Of a DNA stretch of 64,000 bases, positions 1 through 9,776 are shown in pieces. The stretch's first letter is position 1. The number at the start of each line of letters is the position of its first letter. The notes under the pieces are model-generated. The model did not search any database. It had not been told where the DNA came from and saw nothing but the letters and a program-made list of their open reading frames with translations. Location: the NCBI GenBank assembly GCA_937915735.1, contig CALGGS010000055.1, forward strand, positions 7,881 to 71,880, in the 5' to 3' direction. A program made the translations under genes and the position numbers. The stretch comes from an uncultured Treponema sp. GTDB taxonomy: Bacteria > Spirochaetota > Spirochaetia > Treponematales > Treponemataceae.

Positions 1-1428
1 TTTTTGGTCACTATAATGCAGGAAATCCTTGCACAAGGCGAGGCTAAAAAGAATGCCCTGATTCTTGTGCCGACACGGGAGCTTGCCGTTCAGGTTGAAC
101 AAGAGGCGGAAAAACTCGGAAAACACACGGGACTTCGCTTCGCTTCTTTTTATGGCGGAGTCGGCTACGAAAAGCAGACTTCTTCCCTCAGAAAAGGAGT
201 TGACATTATCATCGGAACTCCCGGACGCGTAATTGATTTAACCGAAGGAAAGCAGATGAACCTTTCAAATGTCGGTTTTCTTGCGATTGACGAGGCTGAC
301 CGAATGTTTGACATGGGCTTTTATCCTGACTTGCGGAAGCTCATCCACTTTTTGCCGCAGAGCGAAACGCGTCAGACAATGCTTTTTTCTGCCACATTAA
401 ATTCTTATGTCAAAAATCTCGCATGGGAATACACTCGTGACGCAAAGGAAATCACCATTGAGGCAGAAAATATCACGGTTGACGAAATTGATCAGGAGCT
501 TCTTCATGTTTCAAGCGACGACAAAATGCGGCTTCTGCTTGGAATTTTCCAGAAAGAAAAGCCTGAGAGCGTAATTATCTTCTGTGACACAAAAAAAATG
601 TGCGAGATTGTCTCTAAGCGGCTTCAAATCAACGGAATCAAAAACGAATACATAATCGGCGATTTGCCGCAGTCAAAGCGACTGAAGATTATGGACAGTT
701 TTAAGGCCGGAAAGGTCACTTGCCTTGTTGCGACTGATGTCGCTGCCCGCGGAATCGATGTGAATGACTTGGCTATGGTCGTAAACTATGACTTACCGAC
801 AGAAGCCGAGAATTATGTTCACAGAATCGGGCGAACGGCCAGGGCTGGAAAATCTGGAAAGGCGTACACCTTCTGCTCTGAGCGGGATGTGTATTCTCTG
901 GCTCCGATTGAGCGCTATATCGAAAAGCAGATTCCGAGCCGTGTCGCAATAGAAGAGGATTTTACCGAGGATAAATCTAAGGATGTTTATATCCGGCTTG
1001 ATTCCGAAGAGCAAGGGGGAAAATTCAGACGCGGATACACGCAGATGGACGCGGATGGAGGGGCTGGCAAGTCTCGAACTTCCCGAAGAAGGCGAGACCG
1101 AAAGAGTCTCCGTGAAGAGAGAAAATCTTACTCAAAAGAAGAAGTCAAGTCATTTAAGGGCGACAAATCTAAGAATACGGTCAGACGGGCAAGTGATGAG
1201 GAAATCAAAAAACTTTCTGCAATGTCGAGCGATGAAAGACTTAAATATTTTAAAGAAAAATATGCCTCCTCTTCTTCTGCCGTATATAATTCTGATAACA
1301 GGGCGAAGGGCAAAAAAGGGAAGGGCAAAAACAAATCGAAAGCCTTTGCCGCAAGAAAGGCAGAGAATCCGCCGAAAAAGCCGGGATTTTTTGCACGGCT
1401 TAAGAGCTTGATTGGACGAAAAAAATAA
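1..1428 (+). CDS. DEAD-box RNA helicase, 5'-truncated by the window edge, with basic C-terminal tail
   Basis: Motifs PTRELA, GTPGR, DEAD, SAT, ARGID and HRIGRTAR. The frame is open from base 1. Confidence 0.95.
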   Translation, partial: FLVTIMQEILAQGEAKKNALILVPTRELAVQVEQEAEKLGKHTGLRFASFYGGVGYEKQTSSLRKGVDIIIGTPGRVIDLTEGKQMNLSNVGFLAIDEADRMFDMGFYPDLRKLIHFLPQSETRQTMLFSATLNSYVKNLAWEYTRDAKEITIEAENITVDEIDQELLHVSSDDKMRLLLGIFQKEKPESVIIFCDTKKMCEIVSKRLQINGIKNEYIIGDLPQSKRLKIMDSFKAGKVTCLVATDVAARGIDVNDLAMVVNYDLPTEAENYVHRIGRTARAGKSGKAYTFCSERDVYSLAPIERYIEKQIPSRVAIEEDFTEDKSKDVYIRLDSEEQGGKFRRGYTQMDADGGAGKSRTSRRRRDRKSLREERKSYSKEEVKSFKGDKSKNTVRRASDEEIKKLSAMSSDERLKYFKEKYASSSSAVYNSDNRAKGKKGKGKNKSKAFAARKAENPPKKPGFFARLKSLIGRKK

Positions 1429-1450
1429 TTCTTTTTACGAAGGAGGAAAT

Positions 1451-2932
1451 ATGAAAATAATGATGGTGAGTGCGGAGGCTGTTCCTTTCGCAAAGACAGG
1501 CGGATTGGCCGACGCTGTTTCTGCTTTGGCTGGAAATCTTTCGCTTTTAGGTCACGATGTAAAAATCGTCATGCCTCGCTACTATAAAATCGACAGAAAA
1601 AAGCTTACTGCCCTTGAAGGTCCTCTTGGAGTTCCTGTTGGAATGGGACAGGAGTGGACTGAGGTTTACAAGGCTCCTCTTCCAGGCTTTCCCAAGGTTG
1701 AGGTCTACTTTTTGGACCACGAGAATTGCTTCGGGCGGGACGGAGTTTACGGAACAAAACTAGAGCCGGATTTTTTCGACAATCCATATAGATTTTCTCT
1801 TTTGTGTCACGGAGCCTTTCAGGTCTGCAACAAGCTGCAGTGGTTTCCTGACATAGTTCACGCTCACGACTGGAGCGCGGGCCTTGCCCCGGTTTTATTA
1901 AAGCATGTTTGTCGTTGGCAGCCGAATTTCAGCCGCACGGCGAGCGTTTACACGATTCACAACATGGGGTATCAGGGCGTTTACGGAAAAGAAAAATTCA
2001 CTGACCTTGGTCTTGACTGGAATCTTTACTACGGGGCTGGCTTTGAGCGGAACGGAGCAATCAACCACTTGCAGGCAGGAATTTCCTGCGCTGACATGGT
2101 GACTACTGTTTCTCCGACTTACGCTCACGAAATCCAGACAGTTGAAGGCGGATTTGGTCTTGACGGACTTTTGCGCGTTCGAAGCGATGTCGTCCGTGGA
2201 ATCGTAAACGGAGTTGATGTTGAAACCTGGAATCCAAAAACAGACAAGCTTTTGCCGGCAAATTATTCATCTTCAAGTATGAAAGGAAAGGCTGAATGTA
2301 AAAAAGCCTTGCAGGAGGCTTTTGGCCTTGAAGTAAATCCAGATATTCCTTTAATCGGAATGGTCGGCCGACTGGTAAGCCAGAAGGGAATTGCCGAGGT
2401 TTTCGCGCCCACTTACGGCTCAATTTACAGCATTTGCCGGGATATGCGCGTTCAGTTTGCGATTATCGGAACGGGCGAAAAATGGTGCGAGGACGAAATC
2501 AACAGTTTGCAGTCAAAACTGCCGAATCTCAGGGCAAAAATCGGGTATTCCGAGAGCCTCAGCCACTTAATTGAGGCTGGAAGCGACTTCTTTTTAATGC
2601 CGAGCGCATACGAGCCTTGCGGATTAAACCAGATGTACTCGGAACTCTATGGAACTCTTCCAATCGTACGCAGGACAGGAGGCCTTGCAGACACAGTAGA
2701 AAATTACAATCAGGAGACTGGCGACGGAACAGGCTTTATGTTCGATGCTTTAACACCCGGGGCTATTTATGACACTGTAGGCTGGGCTGTTTGGGCTTAC
2801 TACAACAAGAAGGACCACATCAAAAAAATGCAGAAAACGGCTATGTCAAAGGATTTCACTTGGGAAAACAGCTGCAAGGCATATCTTGAAGTTTACAAGG
2901 AAGCTTTGGCCCGCGGCTGCGGAATAAGGTAA
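1451..2932 (+). CDS. glgA: Glycogen synthase (GT5)
   Basis: KTGGLADA and EPCGLNQ motifs. RBS AGGAGG at 1441-1446 precedes ATG 1451. Confidence 0.95.
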   Translation: MKIMMVSAEAVPFAKTGGLADAVSALAGNLSLLGHDVKIVMPRYYKIDRKKLTALEGPLGVPVGMGQEWTEVYKAPLPGFPKVEVYFLDHENCFGRDGVYGTKLEPDFFDNPYRFSLLCHGAFQVCNKLQWFPDIVHAHDWSAGLAPVLLKHVCRWQPNFSRTASVYTIHNMGYQGVYGKEKFTDLGLDWNLYYGAGFERNGAINHLQAGISCADMVTTVSPTYAHEIQTVEGGFGLDGLLRVRSDVVRGIVNGVDVETWNPKTDKLLPANYSSSSMKGKAECKKALQEAFGLEVNPDIPLIGMVGRLVSQKGIAEVFAPTYGSIYSICRDMRVQFAIIGTGEKWCEDEINSLQSKLPNLRAKIGYSESLSHLIEAGSDFFLMPSAYEPCGLNQMYSELYGTLPIVRRTGGLADTVENYNQETGDGTGFMFDALTPGAIYDTVGWAVWAYYNKKDHIKKMQKTAMSKDFTWENSCKAYLEVYKEALARGCGIR

Positions 2933-2941
2933 GGCGAAGCT

Positions 2942-3286
2942 TTATGTAGTGTATCTTCGAAAAATATCAAAAATTTCAGTTTCAATGGCGGAGAGTTTTT
3001 TAGAAAATTCTTCGCCATTTTTATTTTCAATAGTTTTATTCTCTAATTCTAAATCTTTTTTTACTGATTTTTCTGTTTCCAGCGGCTTGAACAGCTGGTA
3101 AGGCTCTATTTCGAGTTTTTTTGCGATTATATCAAGTGTTTCTGGCTTGGGGAATTTGTGTCTGCTTTCGATTTCGGTGATGTATGTTCCGCCATAACCG
3201 ATGACTTCTGAAAGTTGCTCCTGCGTCAGTCCTTTTTGTTTGCGGTAAAATTTTAAGTTGTTTCTAAAGGTTTCTCTGACAGTCAT
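2942..3286 (-). CDS. XRE/Cro-C1 family helix-turn-helix regulator
   Basis: NLKFYRKQKGLTQEQLSE...YITEIE...FPKPETLDIIAKKL. Likely ATG at 3286; the ORF extends to TTG 3304. Confidence 0.88.
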   Translation of the reverse strand: MTVRETFRNNLKFYRKQKGLTQEQLSEVIGYGGTYITEIESRHKFPKPETLDIIAKKLEIEPYQLFKPLETEKSVKKDLELENKTIENKNGEEFSKKLSAIETEIFDIFRRYTT

Positions 3287-3365
3287 ATCTAAAGAATACT
3301 CCAAAAAAATTGACAGATTTATAGTCTAATAACCTTGCAATATTTAAAATATTCCTAAAAATTAG

Positions 3366-3394
3366 TTGAAAAAACATGTCGAATAGACTATAAT
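3366..3394 (+). promoter_or_regulatory. Sigma70-type promoter for the lipoprotein cluster
   Basis: TTGAAA (3366-3371), 17-bp spacer, TATAAT (3389-3394). Confidence 0.65.
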
Positions 3395-3443
3395 AAGAAC
3401 ATCATTTAAAAAGTCTTACTTTTTCACTTTTTAGGAGGAATTT

Positions 3444-3524
3444 ATGAAAAAGAAAATCATAGTGTCTGCGCTCTTGCTTTTGATTATGGCAAATTCACGG
3501 TTAGTTTTTCCTTTCAATTCTTGA
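3444..3524 (+). CDS. 26-aa small ORF with signal-peptide character (MKKKIIVSALLLLIMANSRLVFPFNS)
   Basis: RBS AGGAGG at 3433-3438, ATG 3444, TGA 3522-3524. First ORF after the promoter; below the ORF-track size cutoff. Confidence 0.55.
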   Translation: MKKKIIVSALLLLIMANSRLVFPFNS

Positions 3525-3531
3525 GGTTTTT

Positions 3532-5730
3532 ATGCATAAACTTAGGCGTTTTATTTTTCTGATATTCACGGCGTTTGCTCTTTTGATGGCTGGCTGTGAA
3601 AATGATGCGGACGGAGATTTTGAAGTTCCTAAGACAAATAATATTGCGTCTCCGGCTAATTTCAAGGCTGTATATAATCCTGTGACGAATGAAACTACAT
3701 TCACTTGGGATGCCGTTGCAGATGCGGTTGGCTACAGTATTTTGGCTTCAACGAAAAATGACAGCGTTACAGCGGTCAAAATCCTTAGCCCGAATGGTAC
3801 GACAGGGACTGTTTACGGATATTCTTCTTTTGTCGGAACTTATTATTACTGGCTTTTTGCTTATAATAATACTGACGAGAGCAAGCTCACGGAAGTTCAG
3901 TCTGTTACGACAATCGTTCAGGCTCCTTCAAATTTGGAATGTAGGAGCGTTTCGAACGGGGTCATTTCTCTTTCTTGGGCTGAAATGGAGGGAGTTTCTG
4001 GATACAAGGTCTATCATTCGCCTAGTGAGGACGGAACTTACACGGCTTTTTCTAATACAATCACCACTGCAGGGGCGACGATAACTCTTAGCAGTTACTC
4101 ACCGAAATATTATTACAAGGTAACAGCCCTGAAAGGTGGAACTGAGTCATCTGATTTCAGCAATACCGTAGCGGTAGACATTCCTATTTTTGCCCCGAAA
4201 AATGTCCAGGCAGAAAAAACTTCGACATACGGCGAAGTCAGTCTTTCCTGGAACAAAATCAGTGGCGTGACAGGATATAAAATCTACAGGGATACCGACA
4301 AAAACGGTGATTATGCTGAATTAGTCGCGACTTTAAATGATGACAGCCGGGAAGATTACACGGTAAAAGACCTGGCAAAGGGCAATTACTATTTCTTCAT
4401 CAAATCTTATTATGAAACAGAGGAGAACTTGTCTCCGTTTTCTGTATGTGCCAATGCCCGAATTTTAATTTGGTATCCCCAGAATATTACCGTCAGCGAA
4501 AGGACAGAAGAATCTTTGACGCTTACCTGGGATGCCGTGGATGATGCGACATCTTACAAGATAACGATTATCGGCGATGAAGGAACTGAGGTTTCCAATT
4601 CCCCGACTCCTACGGCAAATACTGTGACGGTTACAGGACTTTCTGCGGGAACAGTGTACAGTGTACAGATTCAGGGGGTAGAAAGTGATGGTGAGCCTGG
4701 TGAAATATCTCCTGTTGTAATGGGCAAGACTAATATTTCTGCACCGACATTGGATTCTTCTAATACGATTTTCGGGCTTGATTCAATTTTAGTTGCCTGG
4801 AACGAAGCGAAAGGTGCGACTTCCTATAAACTGAAATATTCCAAAACAAACGATGCTGATTCAGCTACAGAAATTAATGATGAAATTGCTGGCACAAGTT
4901 GTTTAATTGAAAATCTGGAAACTAATGTAACTTACTATTATTGGGTTTGTGCGGTTGATTCCGTAAATAACTATACGACTGGTTGGACAGGTGGAAGCGG
5001 TATAACTATGGTTACTCCGACTGATATAACAATTTCTAAATCGGGTAATTATTATTATTTGACTTGGAATTATAGCGGGGAGTCAACAAATTTCAGAGTA
5101 AGATGTTATAAATGCTCAAGTATTCCGTCTGACGGGCAAGTTCCTGCTGATGACGCTGTTGTAATTTCATCTACAGTTACCGCAAAATCTTACAATATTA
5201 CAAGTTTGTTAAACAATCGTGATGATGGTTATTTTTATTATATATTTACCGTAGATGCGTATTGCGCTTTTGACGGGCAATGGTATCAAGGTTCTACAAG
5301 CGATGGATATGGTTGGTACTTTTATGATCAAACTTGGCCCTATGGAGAATCTACACAGTTGCCTTCCTCGAAGACTCTGATTACACCAAGGAGTTATTAC
5401 AGTACATACAGTTCTGCTTGGACTACTAGGTATATATCTACAACCTCATCTCAGTATCTTTATTTTAAGGCGACTGCAGGAAAAACTTATAAGATTTACT
5501 ATGCTGACAAATATTCGAATAGTTCGGTTTCTTATACCAGCTATACAAAAACAGACATAAAGTCACGGTATTATTGTGCTGGTGCTAGTTCATCTGCAGA
5601 TTCTTTTGCCGAATATGATTGGCAATCCTTTACGCCTTTATATGATTCTTATTGGGTCATCGAAATCCAAAAATACAGCAGTTCTACAGCTGGCGGGTAT
5701 TATGGAATTCAAATCGTAGAGACAGATTAA
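3532..5730 (+). CDS. Multi-fibronectin type III lipoprotein
   Basis: Lipobox LLMAG-C; five to six FN3-like repeats (P..l....l.W.....Y.i); Tyr/Ser-rich C-terminal beta domain. Confidence 0.85.
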   Translation: MHKLRRFIFLIFTAFALLMAGCENDADGDFEVPKTNNIASPANFKAVYNPVTNETTFTWDAVADAVGYSILASTKNDSVTAVKILSPNGTTGTVYGYSSFVGTYYYWLFAYNNTDESKLTEVQSVTTIVQAPSNLECRSVSNGVISLSWAEMEGVSGYKVYHSPSEDGTYTAFSNTITTAGATITLSSYSPKYYYKVTALKGGTESSDFSNTVAVDIPIFAPKNVQAEKTSTYGEVSLSWNKISGVTGYKIYRDTDKNGDYAELVATLNDDSREDYTVKDLAKGNYYFFIKSYYETEENLSPFSVCANARILIWYPQNITVSERTEESLTLTWDAVDDATSYKITIIGDEGTEVSNSPTPTANTVTVTGLSAGTVYSVQIQGVESDGEPGEISPVVMGKTNISAPTLDSSNTIFGLDSILVAWNEAKGATSYKLKYSKTNDADSATEINDEIAGTSCLIENLETNVTYYYWVCAVDSVNNYTTGWTGGSGITMVTPTDITISKSGNYYYLTWNYSGESTNFRVRCYKCSSIPSDGQVPADDAVVISSTVTAKSYNITSLLNNRDDGYFYYIFTVDAYCAFDGQWYQGSTSDGYGWYFYDQTWPYGESTQLPSSKTLITPRSYYSTYSSAWTTRYISTTSSQYLYFKATAGKTYKIYYADKYSNSSVSYTSYTKTDIKSRYYCAGASSSADSFAEYDWQSFTPLYDSYWVIEIQKYSSSTAGGYYGIQIVETD

Positions 5731-5773
5731 TGAAAAAATGAAGGTTATAGTCCTGAACTAAAGTGGAGCAATT

Positions 5774-6955
5774 ATGAAGAAAAAAATCCTTAGCATATTT
5801 TTTATTTTCCTGGCTTTTTGTGCCTTCTCAAAATCTAAGAAAAAGGCTGTTTCTTTGGATGAGGCTATCGAAGAGGCGGCAAATAAATTTATCGAAAAGG
5901 CTGATGTCGGCTCAAAAGTTTTTTTAGGAAACTTTGATGCGCTGAATGCCGATGGCACGAAAAGCAGCGAACTTGAAAATTACATTATGAACAGTTTGCA
6001 GACTCTTCTGGTTGACAGCTCTTCCCTTGATGTTTCTGAGAGGGCTCAGCTTGAGTCCATACAAGCTGAAATAAATTATCAGCAGGCTGGAAATGTCAAG
6101 GATGAGGAGTGGGTCGAACTTGGACGGCAGGACGGCGCCCAATATGCGATTTACGGTTCCGGTAAGTGGAAAAGCAGCACCTATGAAATCATCTTAAAAA
6201 TGACTCACATTGAGACTGCAAAAATCGCATTTAATTACAGGGGTGAGGTAGACGGCCGTGACAAGGAATTGCGGCAAATGCTCAGCAAGGTAGCACAGAC
6301 GGAGCCTAAAAAGAGCAAACTGGCTGGAAAATTTACCCTTGCCTTGACAGGAGGCTTTCACGGAGAGACTGGAGAGCATGCTTCCTGGGCAGAAGATAAT
6401 ATTTTCGCAGTTTATCAAACAGAAAACTCAAATTATTCTGTCAAGGAAAATCAGTATGACAGCCTTACCGGCGCTTTTTCAATAAATTTTAAGCTAGGGC
6501 ACGGCTTCGGTCTTGAAAGCGGGGTAGGTTTTTGGAACGGCGGAGAGGAAATTATTGTCTCCCGTAATTCTACTGGAGATAATTTTCGTGCAGAAAAATA
6601 CAAATGCAGTGCAGTCGATGTGCCGCTTTGCGCGAGCTTTCAGTTCAAGCTTTTCCGTACGAGCATAAAACTCTTAGGGGGAATGAATTTTTCGCTTCCG
6701 CTACGGGCAACTTATGTTTACAGAGGTTTAGGAGCCGGAGACAAAGTTGATTTTTCTCCGGAAAAAAAAATTATTCCCGGGCTTGTCTTGGGATTCGACT
6801 ATATGATTCCGGTTTTTCGGAAAATCGGGCTTGATTTTGCCCTAAGGTACGAAAAGGACTTCCTTCCGTATGAAATCAATTATGAGTCAGAAGTCCGTGA
6901 GCTTTTTACTCGCTCAAGCGTGAATATTATGGCTGGTCTTTATTGCATGCTTTAG
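5774..6955 (+). CDS. Exported protein: CsgG/FlgO/TolB-N-like domain followed by a probable outer-membrane beta-barrel
   Basis: Signal peptide; ERAQLESIQAEINYQQAG...ELGRQDGAQYAIYGS pattern; alternating beta-strands in the C-terminal half. Confidence 0.7.
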   Translation: MKKKILSIFFIFLAFCAFSKSKKKAVSLDEAIEEAANKFIEKADVGSKVFLGNFDALNADGTKSSELENYIMNSLQTLLVDSSSLDVSERAQLESIQAEINYQQAGNVKDEEWVELGRQDGAQYAIYGSGKWKSSTYEIILKMTHIETAKIAFNYRGEVDGRDKELRQMLSKVAQTEPKKSKLAGKFTLALTGGFHGETGEHASWAEDNIFAVYQTENSNYSVKENQYDSLTGAFSINFKLGHGFGLESGVGFWNGGEEIIVSRNSTGDNFRAEKYKCSAVDVPLCASFQFKLFRTSIKLLGGMNFSLPLRATYVYRGLGAGDKVDFSPEKKIIPGLVLGFDYMIPVFRKIGLDFALRYEKDFLPYEINYESEVRELFTRSSVNIMAGLYCML

Positions 6956-6964
6956 GAGAAAAAA

Positions 6965-7702
6965 ATGAAAAAATCTTGTTTGTTATTCATAATCGCAGTT
7001 CTGCTCGCGTCTTGCGCCCCATTTAACGAAACTGATATTTCAGATATTTCCATAGCTCCTCCTTCCGTTCCCACAAATGTTCAGGCTGACAGCAATGCTT
7101 CTGGAATCAGGCTCACCTGGAACAGTGTTGAAAATGCGGATTATTACAGAGTTTATTATGGAACGAATTCTGAAACTTACAGTGGGTATTACGAAACTTA
7201 CTCATCATCATATTTTGATTCTGATGTCTGGCCCGGGGACACTTGGTATTATTTTGTCGCTTCGGTTCAGGGCGGGGTAATCAGTGATTTTTCATACACG
7301 GTTTACGGGCAGAGAGTCCTAACATCTGGTCGCTGGTCAGATGTAACAGGTTATGGCATAGGTGAGGACAATGAGCTTTCGTATGAGTCGAGCGGCTCGT
7401 CGACTCGAAGCTGTTATGTTTATTTCTCTTCTACTGATGAGTATTATCTGGCATGGTTTCCTGTCACCGGGGGAAACTCCTATTCAGTGAAGGTTTATGA
7501 CAGTACTAGAAACAGTTCTGTATTTGGCTCCGACAATTCTCCTGCAAAAGTCTCTGTTTATGTGTTTCCAGCAGGCTCAAGTTCCTCAGATTGGATAACT
7601 TGCAGCGATAGTACGACTGCATTAAAGGCTCAGCTCACGGGTTATTATATGGTTTACATAAAACCATCAACGACAGGTTATTGCTATGTCGATGTTGACT
7701 AA
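6965..7702 (+). CDS. FN3-domain lipoprotein
   Basis: Lipobox LLAS-C; PTNVQA...IRLTWNSVENADYYRVYY; the C-terminal domain resembles that of 3532-5730. Confidence 0.8.
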   Translation: MKKSCLLFIIAVLLASCAPFNETDISDISIAPPSVPTNVQADSNASGIRLTWNSVENADYYRVYYGTNSETYSGYYETYSSSYFDSDVWPGDTWYYFVASVQGGVISDFSYTVYGQRVLTSGRWSDVTGYGIGEDNELSYESSGSSTRSCYVYFSSTDEYYLAWFPVTGGNSYSVKVYDSTRNSSVFGSDNSPAKVSVYVFPAGSSSSDWITCSDSTTALKAQLTGYYMVYIKPSTTGYCYVDVD

Positions 7703-7719
7703 GATTTAAGGCGGAAAAT

Positions 7720-9684
7720 ATGAAAAATATCAAAAATCCTTTTTTTATACCAGTTGCGCTGTTTTTTTGTCTATTCTTTCCTTCTTGTATGTCTGAAAAA
7801 TATCTTCAGGATGCAGATTATGATGATATTGTTTCGGTCTATGACAGCATAAATTTTAGGGCTTGGAAAAACTCCGATAAATCAAATGCCCTTATCCGTT
7901 TAATTCAGCTCGACAGAACTGATGAGGCGATTTTCCTTATTCAAAATAAAGCCTTCAAGCTTGATTATGCTAACAAAAACAAGGAAACGGCTCTTTCTGA
8001 GGCTATAAAAAATGAAAATGCGGATGTAATCATCGCTCTTATGGAGGGTGGGGCTTCCATTGATAATGGTGATGTTCAGAATCCGATTTTCATTGCCGTT
8101 ATGACGGGAAACACCTCAATTATTGAAACCTTGATTCAAAAGGGTGCTGACATCAATGCGACGGACGAATACGGCAACAATGCTTTTCACTATGTAATCA
8201 GCTCAAAGCGTCCGGAAGAAATGGCGTCTTATTTAATCTCTCAGAAGGTTGACCTTGAGCATAAAAACAATAACGGTGAAAGCCCCCTGTTTTATGCAAT
8301 CAAGAACGGCTCAATTACACAGGCAGCTATCCTTATCAAACACAAGGCGGATGTAAAAACCCTTGATAATGCTAAGCAAAATCTTTATTTTGCGGCGGTT
8401 ATGTCAAAAAGCAAGGCCGGCGTTGATTTTGTCAGGACTTACAATAAAGACATAAATGCTGTCAATGCAGACCGCTACACGCCTTTGCTTATGGCAATCA
8501 GCCTTGAAAGCCCGGAAATCGTAAAAAAGCTTATAGATTTAGGGGCGGATGTTGAGTTAGAGACTGTAACGACACCGCTCTGGCATGCTTTTTCTAATTC
8601 TGGCGGGGTAAAAACCGACTGCCTGAAGGTTATTGTTGAGAACGGGGCGGACATTAATAAGAAAAATGACTTGGGTGAGACGGTTTTATTACGAAGCGTT
8701 GTTACAGGAAAGGAAGCTCTTACTGTCGCATTTATTCAGTGGGGGGCGAATGTAAATATCGCTGATTCAAAAGGTGTTTATCCGATTCAGCATGCAGTCC
8801 AGCAAAAGGCTTCCAGAATTATAGGTCCCCTTATCAGCGGCGGCGCCGATTTGCAGGTTCGTGATAAAGGCGGGGATACGCTGTTACATTCGTGCGTGAA
8901 GGCTTCCAGCCGTGAAATGATTGATATTTTTCTGGAGTCTAAAAAGATAAATATCGACTATCCGTCAAATTCCGGCACTACGGCGGCAATGCTTGCCTTC
9001 AGCAGTGACAAGGTTGATTTGGGAAATTACCTCATTTCTAAGGGCGCCTCTTTGCAGGCAAGCGACAAGGCTGGAAAAACACTCGTATCTTACCGAAAGG
9101 ATTATTATTCACGACAGGTTGACAAGGCGAATTCTCAGATTACTTCAAACAACAACACGATTGCCGTTCTCCGCTCTCAGAATTCGGCTGCTAATCAGAA
9201 AATTTCTTCTCTAAAAATCGAGGAAAATCAGAAATATAATGTTTATGTCGAATTGAATAATGATTATGAGGATACAAAACGCAGATATAACAGTCTTGAA
9301 ATCGATGTAAATAATGCCAGGCGAAATATGGATTATTGGGATTCTCGTGTTACAGAATGGACTCGGCTTTATAACAATGCTACTACAAATTCAACCAGAA
9401 GCAGCGCTTTGTCAGGATTGAACAATGCTAAATCAAATTATAACAGTTATCGTCAGGATTATAATGCGCTAAATTCAAAGCTGATAGGTCTTTCGATAGA
9501 ACAGGCCGGCAAGGCAATCGCATCAACTGCGGCCTATGCGGCATATACGAAGGTTTCCAAGCAAATCAGTGAGCAGAATGGCATTATCAGCTCAAATAAT
9601 TCTCGCATTTCGTCACTGACTTCTGAAAATTCTTCGCTTACAAGAGATATAGCGACATATAAATCAGAAATGAATCGATATTAA
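7720..9684 (+). CDS. Ankyrin-repeat lipoprotein with Asn/Ser-rich C-terminal coiled coil
   Basis: Lipobox FFPS-C; many G.TPL/GADIN ankyrin repeats; heptad-rich last ~190 aa. Confidence 0.88.
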   Translation: MKNIKNPFFIPVALFFCLFFPSCMSEKYLQDADYDDIVSVYDSINFRAWKNSDKSNALIRLIQLDRTDEAIFLIQNKAFKLDYANKNKETALSEAIKNENADVIIALMEGGASIDNGDVQNPIFIAVMTGNTSIIETLIQKGADINATDEYGNNAFHYVISSKRPEEMASYLISQKVDLEHKNNNGESPLFYAIKNGSITQAAILIKHKADVKTLDNAKQNLYFAAVMSKSKAGVDFVRTYNKDINAVNADRYTPLLMAISLESPEIVKKLIDLGADVELETVTTPLWHAFSNSGGVKTDCLKVIVENGADINKKNDLGETVLLRSVVTGKEALTVAFIQWGANVNIADSKGVYPIQHAVQQKASRIIGPLISGGADLQVRDKGGDTLLHSCVKASSREMIDIFLESKKINIDYPSNSGTTAAMLAFSSDKVDLGNYLISKGASLQASDKAGKTLVSYRKDYYSRQVDKANSQITSNNNTIAVLRSQNSAANQKISSLKIEENQKYNVYVELNNDYEDTKRRYNSLEIDVNNARRNMDYWDSRVTEWTRLYNNATTNSTRSSALSGLNNAKSNYNSYRQDYNALNSKLIGLSIEQAGKAIASTAAYAAYTKVSKQISEQNGIISSNNSRISSLTSENSSLTRDIATYKSEMNRY

Positions 9685-9689
9685 ACAGG

Positions 9690-9725
9690 AAATGCCTGGC
9701 TAATTTCTGGTCAGGCATTTTTTTT
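9690..9725 (+). terminator. Intrinsic terminator
   Basis: AAATGCCTG...CAGGCATTT stem followed by a T-run. Confidence 0.8.
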
Positions 9726-9776
9726 ATCTTTTTTTTTATCTTTTTATTCTTTTGATAATTTGGTATAATCAGAATT

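Noticed and set aside
6772..6780. A9 tract as a phase-variation site
   Set aside because: A/T runs of this length are common in this AT-rich sequence, and this one lies late in the gene encoding Lys-Lys.
5300..7702. Diversity-generating retroelement TR/VR pair in the FN3 lipoprotein C-termini
   Set aside because: The similarity is only at diverged protein level. There is no near-identical DNA pair differing at adenines and no reverse transcriptase in the window.
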